A stretch of 64,000 nt of DNA, taken from Amoebidium appalachense (Eukaryota > Protista > Ichthyosporea). The stretch covers positions 5,215,167 to 5,279,166 of the forward strand of contig CAVNZM010000005.1 in the NCBI GenBank assembly GCA_963693365.1, read 5' to 3'. How positions within the stretch are numbered: the first letter of the stretch is position 1; every line of letters starts with the position of its first letter. Position numbers and translations under genes: made by a program. Of the stretch, positions 14,712-38,300 are shown in pieces. The notes beneath the pieces were generated by a model. It had not been told where the DNA came from. It saw only the letters and a program-made list of their open reading frames with translations, and made no database searches.

Positions 14712-15058
14712 CTACCTCATACTTGACAAAGAATAGGTCCGAGAAGTAGAGGTGTTCGGGGAGAAAATGGCGGGTGTGTGCAGTGGGTGTGATAACCCTC
14801 TCATGCAGTGACTGCCGCACATAGGCGTCTATCTCTGGGACCTGGATATGTGCATGTGCATGGGTGAGATTCAGGTAGGCGCATAGCACGTGCATCACCG
14901 TGTAGACACTGATGAATATGAAAATGAGGTTGGAGGTAGACACATACATCCAAAGAGGCACAGGCTCATAAATAAACATTGTTGATTACACGCAGACACA
15001 GGCGCACACGCGCGCGCACACACACACACACATACACACGCACACGCGCATGCGCGCG

Positions 15059-15124
<66 letters not shown>

Positions 15125-16588
15125 ACGTACACAGGAAGCGAACAACAGCTTGAGACGAAGTCCAAGTGGCCACAATAATTCATCAGAAGGAATGGGCAGC
15201 GCCCCCCCCCCCCCTCCCCCCGTGCGGCCCATTTTTTGTTTGCTATTTGGGGGGCGGGAGGGGGGGGGGAGGGGGGAGGATTCTACATGAAACATGGAGA
15301 AGTGTGCATCAACGTTAAACAACTCATATAGGCTGCATACCCGTTGGAGGGACGGCATGGGATAAGGGGTGGGTGTGGTGGTGGTGATGGAGGTGGTGTG
15401 TGTTTGTGTGTGTGTGTGTGTGTTTTTTTTTGGGGGGGGGGGGTTTACATATTGACTGGTGGGGGACAAGCGAGGAAAAAAGAGCCACCGGGGGGAAAGG
15501 GGTTGGGTGCGGGGGGGGGGGGGGGGGGGGGGGGGGGGTTGGAATGCTATGCAACACCCAAAGTAAAAGCCACACAATGAAGAACACAGGTGTGCTACAT
15601 AGAAGTGGCATGCACTGGCAAACACACAGGGGGAATATGCGCCATTTGGCGGGCGGGGGGGAGGGGAGGAAGAGGGGGGGAGGGGGGGGGGGGGGGGGGG
15701 AAGGGGGGCTTCACCTCTGCACACGGTATGTCGGTTGTTGTGTGTGCCGAGTGGCGTTTGAGGTGCCACCCACCCCCTTTTTCCACTGCTCGGAGCACAG
15801 CTGAAAGCACACTGTTACACTTGGCATATGTGAGGAGTGCCAGGTCAGAAACCATGGCATGGAAGCTAGACATAAATGATCCTGCACCTCCCCCCCCCCC
15901 CCCCCCCTTCATCTCCCCTCCCCTCCCCCGCCCCTTTTCCTCTCCACCCCGTCCCAACCTTGCCATCACTCCCCTGAGAACTGGGCTGACGCACTATGTA
16001 GTGCCTTGTTCATTATAATCCTCTTTCGTCCCTCCCCCCCCCCCCCCTTCTCCCCCCCCCCCCCCCCCCCCCCCCCGCCCCCGCCCCGCCCCCTCTTCTT
16101 AAAGTTAGTAGGCTGCTTAGTTTACGTGTGCTCGTGAAGAGACGTACTAGGGCAAGATACGATTGATTAGACTATCCTCTCCATTTAACTTATATACTTC
16201 CCTTGATGCATATGAACAAAAAAAAACCAAGATAAGTGTTCTTCGTGCACGTATACAGGGCACCCTACAAAAATCTGTGTCTTTGTGAATATGTGTGTGT
16301 CTGTGAGTCGTTCCCAAATGTGCAAGATTCATGTGGTAGACGCAATGAACGTTTGTCACCTACCTCTTCTGCAGTCCACACGTTGTCCAGAACCTGCACC
16401 TCCCTCCTCCTCTCCATATCCATCAGGTACAGCTTCCTGTTTTCCATCGACGTTCTGCACGTGTAGTCCTCACTAACGCTCTCCTGCGCTGTTTTTTTCG
16501 CAAACTCCCACCTGCTGGCTCTCTTTTGCTTGTAGGCAAGATCCTCCTCCGTTGGTTCATCAAAGAGGGAAAGATCGTCAGAATCCAT
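12334..16588 (-). CDS. 2OG-Fe(II) dioxygenase, stand-alone PLOD/lysyl-hydroxylase-like domain (~249 aa)
   Basis: Minus exons 16588-16364, 15819-15715, 14841-14716, 13862-13680, 12444-12334, all phase 0. Motifs WTAEEC...GW...RH...[58 protein letters not shown] give the HxD...H iron triad plus the 2OG-binding Arg. Confidence 0.88.
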
Positions 16589-17282
16589 GTTTGTGATCAG
16601 GTGAAAACTAGAACAAAAATTTTCCCCCTGCAACAAAACTGGAAATATAGCGAAGTGAAATAATTGTGCGGCAAAGATGTTTTCCAATCGTTGCTCCCCC
16701 TTTTTTGGTCTCTATACTATGCAAAATCGCTTACTTTCATTTCAGATAAATAAGATCCATGTACATGTGCTCAATGATGGCTTGTGTAATGGGTACAACG
16801 TCCCCTGCTCCCATAGCCTCCTGATCCCTGTACACCTTTGAACCGCCACAACCTTGCAGTTTCAAACGCACTTCTCAGCAGATGTTTCGTTCATAATTCA
16901 ATTTCTATCTGTGTATAGTTTACAGTCTCTAGTATATGTATGACATACACTTTACACATTTACAGTTTCACACTTACAAAGGAAGCTGGCAGCTACAAAT
17001 AAAGCTGCCACCTACTGAGATGGCTCCTTATTTTTCCTTACACATTCAGCGAACACTGGACTCTATCGAACCGTCGAGGCGCCGCGACAGAAGGCATGCA
17101 CGCGGTCGCGAGAGTGTAAGGAAAAATCGCCCGCCTGCAGCGAACGTAAAGTTCATCCCAGCGCGTGCACACCGTCAGTACGACATGTGAGCAGCAAATA
17201 AAGCGTTTGACTTGTCGGACGTGTATGCACGTGCGTCTTGAGCCTCACCGCCAGGCTGGGCCGGCGTGAATCAGCTCTGTGA

Positions 17283-17694
17283 TGACGTCATGGTACAGTC
17301 TACGCCAATCAGCTTACAAAGCATTTAAGTAACCAGGGTTTTGATTGGCTTCTTTTGCGTTGTTCGGCCGGCTTATTCTGCGGGAGTTGACTGTAGGTAC
17401 TTATGACAGCAATTACAAGTCGCCAAATAGTCGGAACAAAACCAAATAGTGAACAAACACTTTGTGGTTGTACATAAAAAATTGAAAATTGGTAAGGGGA
17501 AATTGTAGGGTCTTATGGCTGTTTTGATCTCAACTATTGCGTGGTACGAGTGGGACAAGTCCGCTGACTGCTGACTGGACCAAGGCCTCTATTTAGGAGG
17601 CCTTGGACTGGACCCAACTCCCATCAGGACCGGAAAGAAAAAAGAACAAGGAATGGTAGAAGTGACGTCACTTTAGGGTCGTGTGACGTCACAC
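17283..17694. promoter_or_regulatory. Putative divergent promoter region (oxygenase / septin) with CRE palindromes and CCAAT boxes
   Basis: TGACGTCA at 17283, 17663 and 17684; the last two extend to 14-bp palindromes. CCAAT at ~17305 and ATTGG at ~17344. CpG-rich and free of simple repeats; lies between head-to-head genes. Confidence 0.45.
17581..17605. mobile_element. 25-bp hAT-like micro-element
   Basis: CAAGGCCTC-TATTTAG-GAGGCCTTG flanked by a perfect 8-bp direct repeat GACTGGAC (17573-17580, 17606-17613). Confidence 0.65.
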
Positions 17695-18532
17695 CACCAC
17701 CACCACACGCCTCGTTACACAACACTGAATGAAACGCAGTCGCAAAATTAAAAGCCACACAGAGTTGGCGTTTTCCCACCCCTATAATCTCCGGGGTGTT
17801 TGGCAGTAACCATACATATATAGGTGAATCTACCTCTGAAATTTTTAGCGTTTTGAGCCCTTCAGTTTCTTTTTACTGTAAGCTGGTTTTTGAACCTGAA
17901 TAAGCTTTATTAACGGTGTGATTTAAAACCAACTTATAGTTTGTTTGTTTTTTCTCTTCACCTTGTTCATCGATGAGAACAGAGGGCTGCACTTCAAGCG
18001 CTTATCTAGGCGTCACTTTGCCTTGATCATACGAAAGTAATGGGTTTTGTAGAAGAGAACACGGCCATAGAAAGCTGATGACATCGTCCATTCACGAAGG
18101 AACTTTAGGATCTGCAGTATGGTTGTTTTGATCTGAACTAACAACACACGTCGTGAAGTGCTAAGGACGCGCAAGAAAGAATCTACTGGCCATTTCTCGT
18201 TGCATCTTCGGATTTTATTTACAAGAGGAAGAAAGCCTGAGCGTTAAATTACAGTTGTTTTCTTTGTATAGAATTTTGCAACTTCTGCTGCCTAACAAAC
18301 GTTCAAACCAGCCTCAATGCCTACTTGTGTTACCAAAGCGCTTTAGAACATACCAGGATAGCACGACAAAAATTCTTTCCTTTCTTCTCTCGTTTTTCCC
18401 TTGATGCTCGTACTCATTCTCTCCCCTCTCCTCCCCTCGCCCCCTTTCCCCCCCTTCCCCCCCCCCCCCCCCCCCCCCCCAATCTTTCTTCATGCAGGTT
18501 GTTGTGGGCTCCTGCCGCTACCTGAAGAGGAA

Positions 18533-29281
<10,749 letters not shown>

Positions 29282-29518
29282 TTGGCCCAAGAACCGCGCT
29301 ACTTTTTGTGCATTTTCGTTCGCTTTTGGGATGTTTACCTGCCCAGTTATTTTTGTTTTTTCCCTTCTTTTTCCATTCCCCCCTCCCCTCCCCCCCCCCC
29401 CCCCCCCCCCCCCCCAGTCTGGGAAATACGATATTTACAGAAATTCGGTTTCTCGTTGCGTTTCTTCGTTTTTTCTGTGCTTGAGATGTTGTGTTAATGC
29501 CGTTTTGGTGTACCACAG

Positions 29519-29573
29519 CAAACAAGGTGTGGATGACAAGACGGGGAAAAAGAAGAAGTCCTTCCTAGGTTAA
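29519..29573 (+). CDS. Alternative terminal exon of the septin (isoform B)
   Basis: ccacag acceptor in phase 2 with the GA|GTAAGT donor at 28458. Encodes (D)KQGVDDKTGKKKKSFLG*, homologous to exon A (D)QKIDDLKSSPGVKTKPKRSFLG*. Confidence 0.72.
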
Positions 29574-29796
29574 ATCCGCCCCCTTGAAGCCCACACGGAT
29601 CAAACCATCCCCCCCACCTTCCCTCCATCTTTCACGAAATGCTCTGTACATCTGTATGTTAACTACATGTTACATGCTACGTAGTGAGCAGGTTTCCATT
29701 CTAAGAAACAAACAAAAAAACCAAAGTGTCTGATTAAGCATGTAGTGTTCTTTAGTGATTTGGTTGATTCACATGATTAATGTATTGAGTTTTTGT

Positions 29797-29851
<55 letters not shown>

Positions 29852-30359
29852 GTGTCTCGCTTTTTCATAGCCAACTATATTACATGTGCACTTGAACGTT
29901 TCCGCCTAGCCCCGCCTTTAGAGAATTCAAGGAAGTCAAGTGTGTAGTTTGTTGCATGCGGGTATAATGATTATCTAGTCCAAATAGTTCAGTGATAGTG
30001 ATACAGAAGTAATTCTCGGATTTTCTGGCAACATGTTGTGGGTGGTACAGAATCTGTAAGTTTTTGCTTGTACCAGGGATGATGTTTGCATTCATACAAG
30101 AAGAAACATGGTATGTGGCGGACCCTGGGTGGTCCTACGACGGTTATCGTGAACGAAAGATCTCATAAACATTGAGCCCTTAACTTAGAGCCGGTTCTAT
30201 CTGCATGTCAGTGGAAGCTCTCGAGCTCTCTGATAAGTGCAGTTGTCCACCTACGAACCACCCCAGCTGTGCACTGGACATGGCCACAAAACACAGATAC
30301 ATGTTCACGATGCATCCAAATTGGCCATGGTATCATCAGTACATGTGCACAACTTGAAC

Positions 30360-30424
<65 letters not shown>

Positions 30425-30546
30425 CCATAGCGGCCACCAGACGTGCACACTTGAGCGGCATGTGTGCACACCAGCATGCGTTCGCCATGCGCATACGCAC
30501 ACAAGTTGCCCGGGCCCGGCAACACATGGTTGTGCACACACGTATA

Positions 30547-30580
<34 letters not shown>

Positions 30581-30982
30581 TACAGAGTGCTAATATTATA
30601 ATTAGACACAGTGAGTCACACACACAATCAGGCACAATGAGAGCACAGCATCATATGCATTGCTCCAATCAAATCTTGGCTCAAGGGTGTTGCTCGGAAG
30701 AGATACAAGGTTAGCAGTTGTTGGGAGCTAGAACCGGGGGCTAGGAAGGGGCGAAGAGACCAACCGGTTACCCCACAGGGAGGGTGGACCCCCTCCCCAA
30801 CACAACACACACACACACACACCACAGGAAGGGTGGATCCCCCCCGCCCTCCCCTCCCCCAAGAGTGTCGGGGACCCACTTGCAAGCCCTACGTACCTAA
30901 TAGCTTTGGAAAGGGTCCCCACGGGTTGCTTAGTAGAGAAAAAATGCACATTCACGACGTGTGCGGCCAACATGCAGATTCA

Positions 30983-31022
<40 letters not shown>

Positions 31023-31023
<1 letters not shown>

Positions 31024-31143
31024 TGAATGCGCTATTTATTTAAGTGCGTAACGTATAAACAATGGACAACACGATGCAGAGTCCAAACCCTACACGAAAT
31101 GTGAAGTTTGTGTCGCACGCAAAGGGTATGCATAATAAGCAGA
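31023..31143 (-). mobile_element. Dispersed repeat family A, 3' fragment
   Basis: Reverse complement reads TCTGCTTATTATGCATAC...TCTGCATCGTGTT...CGCATTCAT-poly(C). Confidence 0.72.
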
Positions 31144-31922
31144 ATTGTGGTGGAGTGGGGAGGGGAGAAGGGGGAGACTACCAGGGGGGTTTTCTACTCC
31201 GGACCCCTCCCCCCCCTCCTCAGGGCCCGACCCCCATTTCTCAAAACAAGAATCCCTAAATATTTACATTTTCACTTGTCGACCCCATATGTTATACATG
31301 CTAACAAGAAACTTGCCATGCACATATGCACGGCCCTCTGTGTTCAGAGGGCCGTGACATATGGCATTGAATTATCTATTTGGTTTCGTCAGAGATGCTT
31401 CCAAATTTAATATTACTATGTAGCTACTTTGGATTGGCCCAATGATACGTATGCGCCCAACAAGTTCATGCTGCTGCGCCTGCGCCGCTGGGTACTTAAA
31501 GTTATTCAATTTAATAACTGTCGAACTATAATGAACTGATACTGGAGGGTCCGGAAACGGTGACTGTCACAACTGGCGAAAGGGGGTGGTGGTTTTTAAT
31601 GGACAAAAAAAATGGGGGGGGGAAAAAAAAGGGATTTATCTCTGAGCACTCATTCCTCCTTGTATCCTCGGGGCTGTCTTGGGCGCCTCTCCTTTACTGT
31701 GAGGCTGTGCTGGATTACTATGCAACAGCACACACACGAGGGGCAGTGGTTAGGTGTTGGCCTATAGACAGTTAAATGTAAGAATCATAAAGCCCCTATT
31801 GTAACCAACAACATTATAGATATAAAACTTCAAAATGTCTTTACGAGGATATTTCGTAGGGGGATGTGTTCTGTATGTGTGCGTGTCCGTGTGTGTGAAA
31901 ATGTGTGTGTGTGGCGCATATG

Positions 31923-31982
<60 letters not shown>

Positions 31983-32522
31983 GTCATACTAATATTAATG
32001 GGCATCATCGACACGTGCACCAGGTCCTGTCTTGTTCACCAGTCAACATGTGCTTCACTTTTCTTTACGTGATTCTGGGACCATATTCAATATTATTATG
32101 CGCTGAGAAATGGAAGGACGTTTTTAGAGATATGCATGAAAATAGGTTTTAGTTAGTACTTTTGCTCCTTATTCAGTGTATGCACAACGCATTCGACGGT
32201 TTGTGTTGACGGGACAGGGAGAAAAAAGATACGCGATTCTAATACTAATGAAATAATATGTGTGTGTGTATAAGTGTGTCACAATTCAACATGTGCTGCT
32301 CACGTTGTCACAAACGTAGCACATGCGCCCTGCCCAAAAAAACATGAACTGTCAACGGTGCACGAAAAATCCCTTCGAACCTCGATCCTCCGGTTGACCG
32401 AGGGACTCGAGTCTCTTTTCACAACCAAACCATGTGCTACACGTATGGATCATGGTTTATTCGTTCATCATTCGTTCTTACATGCCATGGTGATAGTGCA
32501 AGAAAAACGACGAAAGTCTTCG

Positions 32523-32582
32523 CGAATTCGTCAGCTCACCTGACACCTGAGTCGAATTCGTCAGCTCACCTGACACCTGAGT
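32523..32582. repeat. Perfect 30-bp tandem duplication
   Basis: CGAATTCGTCAGCTCACCTGACACCTGAGT x2. Confidence 0.9.
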
Positions 32583-34248
32583 CCGGTGTACAGTACCTAC
32601 TGTCTTTGTAAGTGTTCGACTTTCGGGCGGCAGTATTTTTGTGTTTGCTGGAGCCACATGTTTACTTTGCCTGGGCCAGATCTGAATTGTTCCAGCAACC
32701 AATAGCAATCCTCGAAAGCATCGCCCAGGGCTAGGGCTGTGGCGCAATAGGCAAACATTACAAACGTTTGTGATTGGTGGAAGCTGGCGTGCGAATTTAG
32801 TGCAATGTTAAGAAACAGTATATGGTAGCCTAAATCACATATATACGCCCAATTTAACCTATCGAAAACGCAAAACATATTTCTGATTTCTTTTGTAGGC
32901 AGAATACTATTTGTCTCTTTCTACCTGCCAGTAATTTCTTATGATCATCCACCTGATCAAAAAGACACGTTACAAGTTAGACAAAGCAGTAATCCTATTG
33001 GTGCAATATCTTTTATTGATAGTCCAGCTGTACGAAAACGTGGGCAATGCGGTGGCCGTTATTGATTGGCCTAGTGGTTCGTCGCTCCTGAGCTAGGCTG
33101 AAAAAAGCGCGTTTCGGCTTCAGAAAGTCTCGTTGCCTGTCCAATGCATATGATCATCAACTGTCGACACAACGAATTATACTTGCACTAGATCTAGAAG
33201 TGATTTTGCACAGGTGGATGCATGATGGTATTGAATTATTCGGTTCGGTTGTGAATCCGATTATCATGATCACATAGAGATCTCATCAGAGATGATGTGA
33301 GAGATCCCGGCTCCGGCCCATTTGTAAGACAAGCGAGCTCGCCGAGCACCGAGCGTGTGTCAACATCGAGCAACAGCAACGTACGGGGATTTTGCTACAA
33401 AGGCTGACCATTGTGTTTCATAGTAATTATTCGCTGAGGTACTATGAAACATGAAGTGCCTGAATACATTGAGACCCCGTTCAGCCTTTGCGCCAACTTC
33501 AAGTTCCAATTAATATTTGGTAGGGCATTAGTGGGGAACTGGAATGATATATTGTGATCATAGGACTTTGCCCTCCTCCAGATATGTCCAATGGAATTGA
33601 ACTCAAATTTTCTACCAATCCTGCGTGAGTCCCTGAAAGGGGCACCAAACCCCCTACACCTTCATAAAGTGTGGGGCTCGACTCCACCGCAGGTCCGCAG
33701 CACCTTCGACGAGTTCTAGCGTGAAATTTTCAAATCCAAAATTATGCGATAATTGAACTCCAGCCCCCAACAGTTAAACATTACTGTCACAAAATACAAT
33801 AAAGCCACGTTAAAAGAACATTTATAACAATTTAATTGCTTACTTCTTATAATTTTAGTTTTCAAAAACGGGTATTTTGTTGCTCCATCCCTACTTTAGT
33901 GAAGTTTAGCTGCAGCACCTGAGCACCTCTTACACAATATGCCCTCGCATTTGAACCCCACACTAAATGGAGGTTTGTAGGAACCGGGGTCTGAAGGGTT
34001 GTTGTGAACACACCGCCTCGTCACCACGCCGTTTCCTTCACTTTGATTGCTATCGTGTGTGTGTTTTTCCTTTCTTGCCTCTATTTTTTCGCCCTTACCT
34101 TTAGAAGGTTGAGATATACACGGTGGCAGTAAAAGAGCCTTACAGTTCGTGCTCCTATAGGTTTTGCGTGACATGCACCATAACCCCTTACGGAGAAAAC
34201 CTGATCTTTTTAGTCGCAACCAGATGACCAGAGAGACAACGTGATAGA

Positions 34249-34303
<55 letters not shown>

Positions 34304-34427
34304 GCTAAACCGATATATTTTCTTTTGATATATAATCCTGTCCGTGCACAGTAAATACGAAACAGCCAACGTTCTTTTATTTCGAGCTGAAAAAACTAGT
34401 TTCTCATCTTGTTACCAACACGCGAAA

Positions 34428-36317
34428 ATGATCCAAAGAATATGCTTTGCTGTACTGGGTGCTGCTGTGTCTGTGCAGGCGGGCTGTGGCTGCAACTCAA
34501 AGACTCCCACGTGCTCCGTTTTGGAGAAAGCGGAAAACGTCATTGTGGCAAACGTCGAGAGAGCGGAAACAGAGGGCGGAAGGTGTGTGTGTGTGCCCAA
34601 TATTCGAACTATGCTGATCTAATCACTTACTTTTTGACCTCATTTATCATTGCAGAAGTCACTGTAACACTTTGGGTTGAGCTCAAGGTGAAATTTTTGG
34701 TCTTTTGCACGTTCACGTAGAAAAAGATTCCTGATATGCTATGGTTCCTCTTTTGAGTATATATACACATGTATATTCAGTAAAGGTTGTGTTGCTCAAG
34801 GGTTCGAGACAAAAAATAGTGCTTGCTTTTCCCTGCCTGGCAGGCCGACTTTCAGGTGATTCTGTTTTGTTGTTGTTTGTTAACTTTGCCAGTGAGGAGG
34901 TTGGTCTTCCCGCTCCAGTTACGAAAAAAAATATTGGGCGGGGTAAAATATTGGCTTGCTGTGAATGTGCATGTTTGCCTAGAATCATACGTAGCTGGGG
35001 AAGTGAGAATGTACAAGTTGTGTTCCAATGAATATACTAGGTTCTAACGGGTTTTTTTATGTGCAGGACGCTCTATGCTGTGACCGTTTCAACAAGCTAC
35101 AAGGGAAACCTCCCGGAGGTAAGAGTTCTCCCTCATTCTTTACGTCTATCTTTCACTATATAATAGTTTGCGAAAGTGATTTCCCACACTCGATTGTGTC
35201 TTGAAAAGTTAGCTCTGGTTATCGTCTTGAGAGCGGGTTTCTTTTAGATCAGTTCGGACTCGTACAGTTTGTCTTGGGCCATATGAATGGTGTGATGTGC
35301 ACCTGCTTGACCCAAGGGCCTGTAATATAGGCTTATAACTCCCAAGTCTAGCAGTAAAAGTATAATCTCTATAAAACATCTTACACTTTCCTCTCGACAC
35401 AGGGTTCCAGCATGCAAATCACCACCGAGACAGGAAAGTGCGGTGTCAGCAGCCTTAGCCCAGGGTCCGCTTATATCCTTACTGTCGACACTAACGAAAA
35501 CGGACACATCATTTCCGCATGTGGTTACAACCGCCCATGGGGTCTTTTCGGTGCGCGCCAACGAAAGGATTTCGAGGACGGGGCAGCGTTGAAATGCGCA
35601 ACATCCTTCCGTGTTGCGCGCTCAACTTTTGATGATGCTGCCTCTGCCTGGTTGGCTGGCGGACCCACGAGCGAGCTTTCTCTTCACAGTAGCGAAACTA
35701 CGGTGGAGGGGGTGTCCAGTCAGGTTCAGACTCCCACTGCAAGCTTTGTGAGTGCACCCACCCCTTGGCCAAAGAGGAAGAAGTCGTGCCGTAATGGCGA
35801 TCAGCGGGTTGCAGATGGGTGGTCTGGCAAGGGCACTGGTGAAAACTCGGTAAGTGAATTCAAGTATGATTGGTGTCCGGTTCACATTTTTACTGAAAAT
35901 ATCGAGTGACAGTGGCAGGTGAAAGGGGTATAGGAGAAACCTTGGGAGATGGGGTGGGGAAAGGGGGAAGAGTATCATCTTTGATAGATACAACCGCTTT
36001 CTGTTTTTGCCAACCCCTCCACAACCACGCATGCTTCTTTGTCAGATATCCGTGCACACTCTAAATCGTAAGTCTTCTTTCTGCTACCTCTCGCCGTTCT
36101 TCAATTTTCTAACCTTTTTTTTAAAAATCTGTGAAAAGTCTATGGTTCGTGGGCCTTCTACCTGCTACGTCTCCCCCTCTGTCGTTTTTTGGACTTTCAT
36201 TGACTTGTTTTCCCCCTTCTTCCCCGACAGTGCAACGTTTGCGTGTGCACCAACGGTGTGCTTGCCTGCACGAAGATGATGTGCCTATCCCGTGACGGAG
36301 CCTCTGAAGACTCGTAG
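34428..36317 (+). CDS. Secreted N-TIMP/NTR-domain protein with C-terminal pacifastin/VWC-like Cys module (~246 aa)
   Basis: Exons 34428-34582, 35067-35118, 35403-35849, 36231-36317. Signal peptide, then CGC...C..A.NVIVANV, YAVTVSTSYKG, KCGV, YIL, HIISACGYNRPW...QRK...C (six-Cys N-TIMP pattern), then a Ser/Thr/Pro linker, then C-x20-CNVCVCTNGVLACTKMMC. Confidence 0.82.
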
Positions 36318-37022
36318 ACTTCCCCCTCCCCTTCGCGGCTCGGCCTGAATTTTAAACCCCTTCAACACGTGGAGTTGCCTATTGTCGCTAATAGTTTTCT
36401 TGATATATTTATCGTTTGTGTTCACATTTAATTTGGATTGTTTGTGGTTGAATCGATGGGATATTGCTTAGTAATGACATTATAATTTTCTGTTTCCATC
36501 TACAGGTTCATTAATTTCTTCCTTCATGTCATGTATTGGCTGTTTATGCTAGGTTTGAACAGGCAAGACAAGGCGAATCTCTACTTTATTTAATAATTCA
36601 ACTTCAAGCGCCCCTCCCCCTCTCCATTTCCCCACAACCCCTACCGATAGTAGTCAGACTTGGACTACAACACAGAATTCTCCATTTTCTTGAGAACTGT
36701 ATCGGAGAGGGTCCTTCCCACAGGAAAACACAACAGCACCAATAGTATAACAAAAAAAGAAGAAGAAAAAGGGGGGGGGGAACATGTGCAGGCCTGTGGA
36801 CCTGTAACGTAGTAGTGATGATGTCACTTAGTGCAAATAGTTTCCCAAAATAGATCTGTACATAGCCTGCTTGATCACGTGTATCTTCCCAGCCCAATAA
36901 TTCCCAATGTCTTTCCCCAGTGGTGGGAAATCATAGACCCATCCTGGCGATGGTTTATTTTAGTTCAAGTAAAAGCTTTTTCTTGTATAAAACCTTTGAA
37001 ATGTCCTACCGTCAGGTCTCCC

Positions 37023-37053
<31 letters not shown>

Positions 37054-37111
37054 AAAAAAAAAAAAGTAAAGAAAATGAAAGAAAGAAAGGCGGGGAAAGC
37101 CCTGGTCGCCC

Positions 37112-37340
37112 CTGATCAAGATGGTGGCCCACCCATGTTTTTAAGTGAAACGGTATCTGCGCTGGGTTACTTCACTAAGGTGAATGGGTCGATATTCGGG
37201 TACATGTACATGCTGTGGATGACTAGTCTTGTACTTGGGCTCACCCTGAGGACAGGCTCTGCAGAGTCGGCTCGTCATGCATAGTCTTTAATGTTAGCTT
37301 CGCACTCAGCATGATGTCCGTCTTTGTGCTCCACAGGAAT
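37112..37340 (+). mobile_element. Dispersed repeat family A, diverged copy
   Basis: CTGATCAAGA...AAGTGAAAC.GTATCTG...CCCTGAGGA...GGCTCTGC...ATGCATA.TCTTTA aligns to 26083-26260 and is followed by poly(C). Confidence 0.75.
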
Positions 37341-38300
37341 CCCCCCCCCCCCCCCAAAAAAAAAAAAAAAAAAGAAAGAAAAAAAAAAAAAAAAAAAAAC
37401 CAACCCCCTTCCCCCGGCCACCACCACCACACCACCCCCTACATATTAATAATGCGTAATTGTTGGTCCGAGAGGGGTGGTGTTGTGTCAGACTCTGGCA
37501 GTCTGCTCGTATATGTCGTGTGATGTCATCTAGAATCATACTTGCATTTGTCTTGTGCTCTTAGTCTATCAGGCTGTCACCCCCTCCCCAGCTGCAGGCT
37601 GTGCACATGCGCCAATTGCAACTTCGTCTGTTACTAGGCTCACTATGAGGTTACGTTGCTAAATTAGGCATGTTTGTTGTATTTGTCCTGGTATTGGCAA
37701 GGCCAAGCCCCTGTACGCATGCACGTGTCCACGTTTTCAGGCATACCGTCTACTGGTCAGCAAACACATGTAGGCCTACATGGCCGCCCTGGGCCAGCAA
37801 GATTCTCAGTTTAGTTAGTGGACCTAATTTTGTCTATAGCTACGTATGTAGGTAACCGATCCCGGGGCCCGGCCCAGCGGTTATTCCCCCCCCCCCCCCC
37901 CCCTCCCCCCGTTCTCTTCCTGCCCGGGTCATTCAAATCGGCCGGTATCATGATTGGTTTAGTCATCCTAAGGAGCCACGTCCCACGTACTACACGGTGT
38001 AACAGGTTAGTGGATGCATGCACCTGGTGAGTGAGACTCAGTGGCCGGGTTACATGATAAGTTCATGTGTACATGAGTGGGGGGAAGGGGATGGGGTAGC
38101 TGAGTGGGGGGGGGGGGGGGGGGGGGGGGGGAAGGGGGTTCTGCCATGGTGAGGAGAGGGCGGGGAGGAAGGGGTGGTAGATCTAGACATCTGGTGCGAA
38201 ACTTGAAAGGTCCGAGACTCAGTCAGATGACACGGTACTATTCTACAGCGGAAAAGGAGTAAAATTGCTTTTGTTCCCCAGCTTTTGCAGGTACGACTTG

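Noticed and set aside
29880-34000. Short ORFs between the septin and the TIMP-like gene
   Set aside because: No family similarity recognised and no phase-consistent gene model could be built.
36884-36916. Minus-strand peptide GKTLGIIGLGR resembling the D-2-hydroxyacid dehydrogenase NAD-binding motif
   Set aside because: It is followed by YT-stop instead of IG, no other dehydrogenase exons were found, and another frame of the same segment is open for longer. Probably chance.
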